Shown in pieces: positions 45,516-57,909 of a stretch of 64,000 nt of DNA; within the stretch, counting starts at the first letter, position 1; every line of letters starts with the position of its first letter. The stretch covers positions 300,700,001 through 300,764,000 of the forward strand of contig OZ024740.1 of NCBI GenBank assembly GCA_964016885.1, written 5' to 3'. The notes beneath the pieces were generated by a model. It saw only the letters and a list, made by a program, of their open reading frames with translations, was not told the DNA's origin and did not search any database. This stretch comes from Eledone cirrhosa (taxonomy: Eukaryota). The position numbers and the translations under genes were made by a program.

Positions 45516-45840
45516 AAAAATAGGAAAACGTATGAGCCCGACGGCAGAGCTCAAGCCGTTTCGACGCCTATTTCAGTCCGGAAATAGCCGTCGAAACGGC
45601 TTGAGCTCTGCCGTCGGGGTCATACTTTTTCCTATTTCCCTCTCTACTACCCTAAGTATTAAGTACTCTGGTGCGTTATGGTCCATCTGGTTCCTTACCA
45701 CAATTCCTTTGTTATATATATATATATATACACACACACACATATATATATATATTGTTAAAGCAAATGTGGACGTTAGAAAACGTGCTATAGAGATCAA
45801 GTTATATAAGGAAAAATATAATAAAAGATAATAAAAGAAA
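45272..45840. repeat. Nested inverted and direct repeats with a hammerhead 3' half
   Basis: Outer IR 45272-45360/45752-45840; central palindrome ~45518-45637; direct repeat ~45364-45480/45604-45720; GAAA-cggc...gccg-TC. Confidence 0.8.
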
Positions 45841-45844
45841 ACGC

Positions 45845-45887
<43 letters not shown>

Positions 45888-46298
45888 GGGGACTTCTTTT
45901 ACATGTGTGGAAAGGTGTTTAGCATAGCTTGCTTTCTGAGTTTTAGACTTTCAAAACGTTTATTTTAACATCAATGTCATTTCATTCAGAATCCTGCATA
46001 CTGTATTTCGCTTCCCTGGTTAGGGTCTCCTCTCTGCTTGTTATATAATGTTGCCAGTTGCTGTTTAATTTAGGTTTTTTTTAAATGAAATTTAATTTTG
46101 AATTTAAATATCATGTTGTGACTGCTGTCTTAACGTTTATTTTATTATTTACTTTCCGCCTTACCTACTCTGTTTCAATCCGTGCATAGAGTACTTCCGT
46201 GATTAGAGAACTCTCCATTTTGAACTCCACAGCCACACACACATAGACGGACACTCACACACAGACACACACACACATACACACACTCCCTAACTCCT

Positions 46299-46385
<87 letters not shown>

Positions 46386-46391
<6 letters not shown>

Positions 46392-47224
46392 AAGAACACA
46401 AGTGCGTCTACAACATCAAAATATTTGTATTGGCTTACAATGTTTCTTCCTTACGTAACCGTAGGATTCGTCAGAGCTATAAAAGGGGTTTGATTGGTGT
46501 TATGGACTCTACCAACCAAACATTCAAGAACAAAGAGTAAAGAGAGTAAAGAGCAAAAGTAGGGGACGATAAGTCTAATTTTGGTGCGAGGGGGTGGGGT
46601 GTGGGTCCTCGTTTACTAGCTGTGGTCATTGTGTTTTCCCCTCCAAATATTCGCTTATATTTCTTTATATATTCTCTATATATTTTTTAATCTTTATTAT
46701 TTCCACTTTTATCCTCCTTTATATTTTACCTTATTCTTACTTTTATACCTTATTATAGTGTAATCTTCCCCATGCCTTATTATACACTATTAATTATAGA
46801 TTATTATTATTACTCTTTTTCCATTTCTAATTACCTCATGTACTTTCTCCTCCGCTATATATATATATATATATATATATTGTATGCCCTTCGTGTTTGT
46901 ATAGCCTCTGCGCACGATCTGCACCATACTATCGACGCCACCCCATCTATGGTTCAGCTAACCACCCGACTCCCGGGAATGAATATGACCACAGCTAGTA
47001 AATAAGGACCCACACCCCACCCTCCCGCACCAAAATTAGACTTATCGTCCCCTACTTTTACTCTTTACTCTCTTTACTCTTTGTTCTTGGATGTTTGGTT
47101 GGTAGAGTCCATAACACCAATCAAACCCCTTTTATAGCTCTGATGAATCCTACGGTTACGTAAGGAAGAAACATTGTAAGCCAATAAAAATCTTTTGATG
47201 TTGTAGACGCTCTTGTGTTCTTTT
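46386..47224. mobile_element. PLE pseudo-LTR-like element with inverted 5' copy; hammerheads at 46425-46484 (-) and 47130-47189 (+)
   Basis: 46386-46630 is the reverse complement of ~46985-47224. gct-CTGATGA-atcctacggttacgtaaggaa-GAAA-cattg-TA-agc. Confidence 0.75.
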
Positions 47225-48269
47225 TCCTATATATATGTATATATATAAAGACGAAATTTTCTGTATGTGTGTGTATATGTGTGTGGACAATTTTTAATGA
47301 GGGCTCATATATTCTAAACAATTCATGTGATTTCTTTGAACATTTTTACAGAGCTTCTCCTTGCACAAAACCTGTACATGATCTACAAAGGCTTTCAAAA
47401 ATCAATATTGAGGCCTTTGGAGACATTAAAAAAGTTTCGGTTATTTGTGTGAATGTTCGTGATTAAGTAAGACAAGAGGTATCTTTAAGTAAGACAAGAG
47501 TTATCTTTCGTAATTCGGCTCATTCGGATTTTAATTTACTCTTTATACTTGAAACAAAAGGTACGCTTCCTTGAGACTAACAATATCATTTTGTATATTT
47601 CACAACCAGCAATTTCTAAGTTAAGTTATAGATTTGACATTGTATAATTTATCGTTTCAAGCTTGATATTCATACATTAAGTGATGTCATAACTTTTACA
47701 ATATTATGCTTTGTACATAATAGTATCTATTATTCACTTCACTTCTCTATCTCATGATGCGCTTTTACTGTTGTCAAAAACATTTATAGCTAGACTGGAT
47801 TTCTGTTGTTACATGGTATAATAGATGACACCGAGCTCACATATTAATTATTTCGCTGGAATAGTGCCTAAGGTTTTCATATTTACATAAATTACGTTTT
47901 TCTTCTATGTATTCAAATTTACTTCTTTGTTTAGTTTAATGAGCTACATCGAAAGCTACTTGAACAGTTCAAATGACGGGTCGTTTAGCTAGTATATATA
48001 CTTTTGTATCTACTGTGGTGTCAAAAACAAACGCCCATGACCGCACAGATAAACAATGCACAATGCCACGTGGCTTGAACCTGTAAGTGAATTGAAGGTT
48101 CTGTAACTCTGATACACAGATTATTTATTATTAAGATGTATAAACTTGACATAACTATTATCATCTTATATTCTCTCAACTAATCACATTTGATCATATT
48201 TCTCTATCCCGTTTCCTCCCCCCATAATTATAATATTTTTATTTTTATTTGAAAAAATCGGGTTTTTTA

Positions 48270-48888
48270 CATTGTGTTTTCCCCTCCAAATACTCGCTTA
48301 TATTTCTTTATATATTCTCTATATATTTGTTTATATATATATTTTTATCTTTATTATTTCCACTTTTATCCTCCTTTATATTTTACCTTATTCTTACTTT
48401 TATACCTTATTATAGTATAATCTTCCCCATGCCTTATTATACATTATTAATTATAGATTATTATTATTACTCTTTTTCCATTTCTAATTACCTCATGTAC
48501 TTTCTCCTCCGTTATATATATATATATATATATATATTGTATGCCCTTTGTGTTTGTGTAACCTCTGCACACCCTCTGCACCATACTATCGACGCCACCC
48601 CATCTATGGTTCAGCTAACCACCCGACTCCCGGGTATGAATATGACCGCAGCTAGTAAACAAGGACCCACACCCCACCCTCCCGCACCAAAATTAGACTT
48701 ATCGTCCCCTACTTTTGCTCTTTACTCTCTTTACTCTTTGTTCTTGAATGTTTGGTTGGTAGAGTCCATAACACCAATCAAACCCCTTCTATAGCTCTGA
48801 CGAATCCCACGGTTACGTAAGGAAGAAACATCGTAAGCCAATAAAAATATGTTGATGCTGTAGACGCTGTTGTGTTCTTTTTCATATA
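48270..48888 (+). mobile_element. Second direct copy of the same element; hammerhead at ~48790-48847
   Basis: Highly similar to 46628-47230; CTGACGA at 48797. Confidence 0.75.
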
Positions 48889-48981
48889 TACGGCTCTGCT
48901 CCAAAGCATACAGCTAATTATTATGCTGCCAATACCTTAATGGGACACGGGTATACAATACCTAACTCCTATTAACCTAAA

Positions 48982-49089
<108 letters not shown>

Positions 49090-49102
49090 CACACATGCAC
49101 AT

Positions 49103-49200
<98 letters not shown>

Positions 49201-50596
49201 TTATATAAATTCTATATTTAAATAAATATAACTGCGTACATGCATGTGTAATAAATATACTTATAAATACATATTTGTGTGTATAATTTAATTATTTGAA
49301 CGTTACTCTAAATTATATGCTTCTATAAAAATATTTATATATAATGATTGTTCAACGCAACCCACCATCAATTTATCGATTCTTGTCCTTTTACAAACAC
49401 ATTTAACTTTAAAAAACGGATGAATTTAAAATACTCTCTAAAAATAGTACACACCCTCCCCTTCATATAACTCGCTATTTTCCTATTCCTCGGTTTTCTC
49501 CTTTTACTTCGGTTTCCCGTAATATTTTTAACTGCCACATTTCATCTACCGATGAGCAACCAGGCAGCTGCACACATGCATACACACATGTACAATCCTA
49601 TATACAGACACATACACAGACACACAAGAATGCAATTATTTACATAAAAATAGAGATAGAGAGAAAGGAATGGAACAATGCAAAACGAGAGAAATCTTTG
49701 GAAGAAATATATCGCATACATTTAATCCATGCTTTAAAGATTAGAACAAATTTAGTCCGTTATTTGTTATTGTCTATGATATATTTTCTTTATTGATTTT
49801 ACTATTCTATTGATCTGTATCAGTAATTTCTCCACATATCAAACATTTAAAACGACACAAACGTTGAAACAGTTTCATAAATTATCGATGAAACATTTTA
49901 AAATATATTTTTATACTATATACCATGCAAATACAGTTTTTTCTTCTATGCTGTCTTCGTTTCTTTTATATATCATCTATTTTTCGACACATTTTCCACA
50001 GTACATGCAATTGAATTTTTGTTCACTTCTATCAGTATTGATTTTGGAATAGATCTGTCAATCATATAAATTTATTTCGACTCTTCATTCAGTAGATATT
50101 ATGAAAGGTTGCACTTTATATATTTTCTTCTTAATGCTTTATACATAATGACGTTAATATGTATTGTTTATTTTATTCATAATATCGATTTTTTTTTGCC
50201 TTAGAACTAGGTGGGTAATTTGTGAGGACAAGTGCATAGCTAAATGAATCGATTGCAGTATATACGTGGTATCTAATACATCAACAACCGCATTGTAACC
50301 AAATGTTAAAATCTATAAAAATTGGAATATAACTTATACTGTACAGACACTATTCAACTTCAGTAAACGTTTTTCAGGTGATTCGCCCTTTCAGTTAACC
50401 GAATGCATTAGCTCTTTTCTAATTAATAGTATATTTTAAAAGTTTGCAGGACTCATATATAGAATAGGCAGGGCAAAATAGTACTATGTAATGTCAATTC
50501 CTTTTGTTAGTGCCATATGGATGTACGCTAATTTCAATCAAATGGACGTCATTTTAATTCTTGTTGATAATATCCTTTCACACAGTATATATATAA

Positions 50597-51060
50597 GTGA
50601 TATTGGAATATATATGACTCTGTTATTCAAGAGATAGACATGAAATCACATTTTTCGTAAATATTTGCTATATTCTCGCTACATGAGAAGGACCGTCTTA
50701 TGTTAATAAGTTGGCAGAAATATAATGCCAGGATGGGAAGAATAAATCTCGTCTAACTGCATCAAATCAACACCTCTATAGCTACCAGTCAGTAAATTAG
50801 TCAACACTTCGAAAGTGATGTGGTCCAACACCACTACATCACTTTCGAAGTGTTGACAAATTTACTGACTGGTAGCTATAGAGGTGTTGATTTGATGCAG
50901 TTAGACGAGATTTATTCTTCCCATCCTGGCATTATATTTCTGCCAACTTATTAACATAAGACGGTCCTTCTCATGTAGCGAGAATATAGCAGATATTTAC
51001 GAAAAATGTGATTTCATGTCTATCTCTTGAATAACAGAGTCATATATATTCCAATATCAC
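50597..51060. repeat. Near-perfect palindrome, ~225-bp arms
   Basis: gtgatattgg...aaagtgatgt versus acatcacttt...ccaatatcac; very few mismatches, short spacer. Confidence 0.92.
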
Positions 51061-53188
51061 AACTGGGAATTAAGCGTGCATTACGACATGGGTTGCTAGC
51101 AGATGACGAATATTTTCTATAATAAATAAAGAGAAAATGTTCTTGGATTAGATGTGCATTAAGAGGCGTGTTTATTAACCATGTGAACATGATAAACAAG
51201 AAAAGTAGCACTATAGACATTCGTTTAAAATACATATAGCGAGGAACAGTTATGTCTCTTAATCTCATGAAAGCGGATTCGGTTTTAAAATCGATTAATC
51301 TTCATCAAATATAAAAAAAAAGACTGATGTTATTTATACTGAATTATGAATCACATTAAATACTTTACTTGTTCACAATACACTCTTTATATTCCGTTTG
51401 TGTATGTCTATGAATCTTGCATGAAGAAATAACTCCAATTTCAATTATTATTCTGGTCCATACATAAACTATTTTAAGTAATAACATACGTTGGCAATAT
51501 GATAGATTTTGCACGCTTTCTGTCTCGGGGATCGGTTTCCTGTCTGTGTCGGTGGAAGGAATTGAAGACTGTTTAGTTAGGAAATATTGAATAACGGGAA
51601 GAAATTACAGTTCAGTGGCAAATGCGATCTGTTGAATTACAATCTTGTTAATAGCATTGAATACCTGACACAACTGAACACGTTACATAGGAGAGTTTTC
51701 TCGACCTAAAATCTAGTGACCATTATATCGATACAACACATTCGCTACATCTGGTATAAGTGTTAAGCTCTAAATAAATTACAAACCATACGAATCACTT
51801 AACAGGATGCGATGACAGCATGTCTACTGTACATTTCAGAATAGAATGGTCTTAATTATTACTGCGAATATTGAGAAATCTTATTAGTGCGAATATTGAG
51901 CAATAAAAACCATACAGCACACAAATTATTTAAATTTTTCTTTCGTTTTAGACTTATTTGATTACCTCCATTCAATGAATACGCAATACGTCGAAATATC
52001 CTACTGTTTGCATTACATGTGCATTCGTCTATCCACTGACCTTCCCTTTGCACATACACAAGTGTCATGGAACTGATTTTTCTTCGTGAATAACTATAAA
52101 ATATATTTAATAACTCAAATTACTGTAACATATTTGGTAAGATATATTGTTTCGATGGTAGACCACTCCACATGATACGTATTAAGCTAGCACAGATTTA
52201 CATGTATATTTCAACAAGGTAAGCAAAAGTGAATCGGTGCTAGATCCTGAGTGTTTTTGGTTTAGTCATGGGATTTAATCGACATAGTTTTTGAAAGCAG
52301 AATTCTGCCCGAGCCACATATGAAACTAAAGAGAAATTATTCTGCTTTATATATATATTTATAAAAATATTTATATAAGTGAAATATTGATCTAGGTTGT
52401 CTGAGTATAATTGGACATTTATTGGCCAGATAGTCCAATGGCTACATGGTGTTTCATAAGCGGTTTGCGAACAAACAACGTATATTCCCCGAACATTTAT
52501 AATTTTTATTATGCATGTGCATCGTTGAGTATATGGTGCTTTCTACTGAATCATTATATATATATGTTTTCCCTTTAGACACATTGAAAGTGCGCTTAAA
52601 TGATTATCCTCTGACTGGAGTAGTACATAATATGCTATGTGAATTCTAGTAGTGGCTTTGGAATTGTCAGTCTTATTGTAAAAGGGATTGCGAACAACTA
52701 TTTCGTGCAATAACCTCATGGTAAGACATATTAAAGATTACAGAACTTGTACACTATAGAAGGACTTTTTAGGAAAGATGTAAATAATATATTATTCAGG
52801 GGAACATAAGCACTGCATGTTTGAATCGACAAAGAAAACTCACAATCCAACAATGGTGTATTCGTTGCGCCGTATATTTTCCCGATTCCTCCATAACAAT
52901 TAACCAGATAAACATTTAAAGAACATAGACAGCATTGTCCATACCTGTTGTATGTGATAAATTAAGTATGGGATACATTTAGTATAAACATGGTGTGGAA
53001 AGCTGTGTTCCTGTAACAGCATTATCTTCTCCGAATAATGATGCCTATAATCCAGATGTATCTCTCGAACAATATAGATATATGCGATCAGCATTGTTTC
53101 TGAATATGTGGTCTTGATGGTGTAAAGTTAGGAAGCCATCTTCTTGATATATTCAGTGTCTCTGATATAGTTGTGTGTAAAGCTAATA

Positions 53189-53264
<76 letters not shown>

Positions 53265-53350
53265 TGGTAGAACACTGGAAGGTAATATCCGTAGTGATAG
53301 AGCACTCAGTCCATGGGACGAGTTAGCTTGAACTGGTTACAGTTAGTTCA

Positions 53351-53400
53351 CCATACCGAGAACAATTGTTTCACCTTAGCGGATCCTCAGCTCGTAATGG
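53351..53400 (-). ncRNA. Type I minimal hammerhead ribozyme motif
   Basis: ccattacgag-CTGAGGA-tccgctaaggt-GAAA-caattg-TT-ctcggtatgg; palindromic stem III ACAATTGT. Confidence 0.65.
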
Positions 53401-53801
53401 ACATGGTTATACGGAACAGGAAGGGCAACCGTCACTTCCCATAGGCAATACTAAAAAGCGTGCGAGAGGTGTTAGGGAGATAACCGCGAAAGTCCGAAAT
53501 ATTTCTAGTTGATAAGAAAATTAGGATGTTGTTGTGATTCAATCCGGAGCTTTGTAGTTATGTAAGAGGTCGTTTCGAGACGTGTGGACAACGTGTGAAG
53601 AATTCATTTCTCGTGTTTAGGCAATCACTATTGCATAATCTCTTTAGAATATTTATTCATTCATCAATACATAGTCCACACGACGGATATCCTCTTGCGT
53701 ATGGCTTGGACTTAATGTTGGCTTTCCATTGAATGGATTAGTCTATACTTGAGTCCTTGGAGGGACCATACGTGGCTCACAAGTTTCGTGGATGAACGTC
53801 A

Positions 53802-53891
53802 GTCAAATCCTATGTGGGTATGGCGGAGGGCCGATTTAAGGAACGCTTCCTGAACCACCAGTCAACCTTTAGGTACCCGGACAGACATTAA
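53802..53891 (+). pseudogene. Penelope-like GIY-YIG endonuclease fragment
   Basis: VKSYVGMAEGRFKERFLNHQSTFRYPDRH matches the PLE pattern YIGxTExxFKxRxxNHxxSF. Confidence 0.7.
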
Positions 53892-54103
53892 TCCCCGAAA
53901 CTCGGGCAACCAAGGCAAATTATGGTGCGCTTTCACCAGATCAAATACAGATTTGTTTTATAAATAAATATTGACATACCCGGAAAAAAGACAACGTTAA
54001 CGGTTGGAGCTTCCTGGATAGTGGAGATAGTACATTTATTGAGGGTAATACAAAGTTAAATTCTTAAGCTTGTTGAATCCCAACAAATTAAATATAACCT
54101 TTG

Positions 54104-54157
<54 letters not shown>

Positions 54158-54248
54158 CAAAAGGGATATTCAATTCGTTGGTAATTCAATAAATATAATT
54201 TTTATAACCTATTCAGAGCACTCGGCAAGTTTTCTGGGGTATAATATT

Positions 54249-56125
54249 CAATGATATTAAATAAGTGGAAACTATATTTATAAAACCATATTTATTATAT
54301 TATATATATTTCAAGAGTACCAAAGCTTTGGTACGCACTCATCAGATGAAATACAAAGTTTGTTTTATAAATATTGACATTTAATAGATCCGATAAAAAA
54401 TCTTACACTTTACTTTCACATTTAATTTGGAATTTAAAAGACAACAATATAGACTATTCAATATCTTTTGGAACGATTTCGAGAGCATCTGCATAACGAA
54501 ATATGGCTTTCTTAATATTCGGTAACTCGTGTATCGAGGAGATTTTTATATAATTAACTGTGAATACTATATTAATCTTAAAACATAATTATTTTCTAGT
54601 TGCAGACATCGCCAAAATTCCACTTTCAGAAGTATTTTTAATTTATGATATTCCTTACACTTGACTATATCTTATACACCTTTAAAATGATCTATTATTT
54701 ACTGAGTATTTTACGGGCGGTGGATTGGTTTTATCGGTAGAGGGTCAGACACCATGCTTTCCAGCATAGTTACGTCCCTTTACGATCTGAGTTCAAATCC
54801 CGCCGAGGTTGACTTTGTCTTTCATCCTTACGGGGTTGATAAAATAAAGTACCAGTAATATATTGAGGTAATTGCTGGCCTTGTGCCTAAAGTAGAAACA
54901 ATTATTTACTGAGTATTTTCATTTAAAAAAAAAAAAAATTATATTTAAATTATATAAATTGATCTTCCTACTTAATTTTTACTATTCTTACCATTTGACA
55001 TTATTTTCTAATGATACTCCTATAAATCTATTTTATTAGATATAGATTGATAATCTTTAATTGACATTATGAAAGTTATCCTGTTTACGATAGTTCTTCG
55101 AAATGCACAATACTTTTTTCCTCTTCTTTGATCTTCAAACTTTCACACATCTTTCGACTAAAATAATATATAATTGAAATTAATCTCACACAAAATAATA
55201 TATAATTTTCTCTATATATTTTTTGAATAAATCATTCATCAAATTTAACGGTTAGGAAACAAGATTGGAGTTATCTTTTCTTTTCTTTTTAGACCGATTA
55301 AACATAAACATTATAATATAATATGTATGATAAACTATATAACTTCGCTAAATTAACAATATTCTGAAAACGTTTTCAATGTTGGGACAAAATATTTGAA
55401 TCTACAAATTGTTCTCCTCTTACAACTTGAACTAAGTGTTTTTTTAATGTAAAATGCAGAATCAACGTCCTTCGTAACTCATATGAGAAATGTAAACAAC
55501 TAATAATTGTGACTTATTTCTATTTCTATAATACTTATACATGCACAATTAGTAATCTATATAGATTCTATATGGATATTTATATACTTTCAACCTGTTG
55601 TAATGTAATAAGATAAAATGTACTTACAACCATAATTCTTCATATAATCTAATTGATTATATATACAATATTATAACTAATAATATAGCAAAATCATTTT
55701 TAATTTTTAAATTCTGGAATCATATTCCACCATTCCTGCAAATTGTTAACTCTTTTTAAATTAACGTAAATACAGGCTCTTCTTTCTTTTTTCTTCTTCC
55801 TACTCATACATATATTCTAATTATTTAAATTCTGCATAGCGTCTAAAAATAACGTTTTTTTTGTCAGCCCTATACCTCAACCTCATTTGCATACTCATCT
55901 TAATCATTTAAAATATATAACTTTTCTTCTCTTTTGCACTTTTCCTTCACTCTCCTGGAAAAACTTGAATCGTAAAGGTATTTTTTCTTGGTTATGTCAA
56001 TATTTATAAAACAAACTTTGTATTTTATCTGATGGGGGTGTACCAAAGCTTTGCTACCCTTGATATATATATATAATAGAATAAATATGGTTTCATAAAT
56101 ATAGTTTCCATTTACTTAATATCAT

Positions 56126-56127
<2 letters not shown>
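54249..56127. repeat. Inverted pair (54249-54380 and ~55994-56127) of the 3627-3992 hammerhead family
   Basis: Minus-strand CTGATGA (54339-54345)...gtaccaaagctttggtac...GAAA; plus-strand copy degenerate (ctgatgg...gata). Related fragment at ~53905-54020. Confidence 0.7.
54715..54900 (+). mobile_element. SINE family A, full length with 19-bp TSD
   Basis: TSD attatttactgagtatttt at 54694-54712 and 54901-54919. Confidence 0.9.
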
Positions 56128-56170
<43 letters not shown>

Positions 56171-56804
56171 ATCTACCAACTCATAATATTATAATATTAT
56201 ATTATAACATTAAATCATAAATGTTTTAACACTATAAGTGAAGTCATTTTTTTCATTTGTAACAAATAAATATATATATAGAAAAGATAACAAGGACTAT
56301 TCGTTACATTTATTGGTTGGTGACGCGCGTTTCGCCACTGATCAGCTCAAAGTTCGATCTGTATCGATCTTACCCGACTCTATATATATATATACATGCA
56401 TTTTGTTGAGGTATGGTAAAAAAAGGCCGCTTTTTGAAGAAACCTGAATTGATATGATGATGGAATAGCAATAGGTGTCAGTTATATATGTGTATGGTCA
56501 TCGCGTCCATCATCAGAGTTACGAATTGTAGCATATGATAATGAAACTAATTTCGCACTGGAACACGCATTTGAGAGAATATGATTAAAATAGCCCTGTG
56601 TTCTTTGTATGAAACTGTTGTATCAAACGACATCTAAAGTTGAACTAAAACAGGGAATGTTGTTTTACATATAGATAACGACTTTGATAATGAGTAAGAC
56701 TTGAGCGGATCTATGTGCATATGCTTAATAGACATATTTTGATATAATCCAAGTGAAAAATAAAAGAACTGTAAAACGAAGCCTTTCGGTCACGAATGGT
56801 ACAT

Positions 56805-57079
56805 AGAAATTTCCCCTCTGGGGTAGAAACCCGAGGAACATGTCTTCTTCAAAAATCAACATTCGCCCATGCATGCCATTGACTCTCCTTCACGCTACCG
56901 ATGTTCTCCAGGGAAAATGTAAAGGGCAATACATCTTGGCACGAGTAGCGTCGAATTTCTTTCCTCAAGTCGAGTGAAACAGCTTTTACGCAAGGACAAA
57001 TGCACATGCGGTCCGGGTATCAAATTCGCCATCTCACGATTCAGAACCTCACACTTTAATCGTTAAGCCACGCGCCTTC
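56805..57079 (-). mobile_element. Old tRNA-derived SINE (third family)
   Basis: Minus strand gaaggcgcgtggcttaacgattaaagtg...ttgatacccggacc...tgtccttg: a tRNA-like head plus a SINE central-domain remnant. Confidence 0.55.
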
Positions 57080-57851
57080 ATAACGGAATTATAAAGGAAA
57101 TGAATATAAGTTATTCACCACGTAGCGCCATGTCGATACTGGCGAAGACATTTCATTTGAAATAACATTACTTTATTATAATGTTTTAATATATAATGTA
57201 AACATGTTGTATGACTGGAGTCGTAACGCATCATGCTACTAAGCTAGCTCATGAGGCAGAATCAAATGTTATCATCAACCTGATACTTCAGAAGCATTCA
57301 GATAAAGCATATATTCCTTTTAATGTTTTGAACAGCGCAAACATTTCTATGTCTAGTGATACTGCAAGTGCAGATTTCATGTCCATTTACAAGAATCCCT
57401 TCATCTAAATATTATCATACAGCGTGGAATTATATTCAAAATATTTGAAATAACGTATTTTCTGGAAGATTTCATTCAGAACATTCACCTACCGAAAATA
57501 GCGAAAAAAATTGATACAAGAAAGGAATAGACCGTTATCTTTATTACTTCAGAAGCCGCCAAACTGAAACAAATTCTCTATTACCCTTCAGAAACATTAC
57601 GGCAACCGAATTAAACATTAGAAATACATCTGCGTATTCTTTGCAAATGAACACTGACATAAGTAATAGATGACAGTAGACAATTTCAAACAGTCATAAA
57701 TTTTGGGTTTCATAATATTGCCAAGAGGCGGTGAATTGGCACTGTCGTTAGAACGTCGGATAGAATGCTTTGTGTTATTCGCTTCGTCTCTCTGCTCTCT
57801 AAGTTTATACATTGTGTGTGCGTGTGTGTTCACAAACACACACCCTCACAC

Positions 57852-57909
<58 letters not shown>

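Noticed and set aside
52600-53160. Coding-like stretch, ORF 52900-53094
   Set aside because: No recognisable domain or consistent splice structure.
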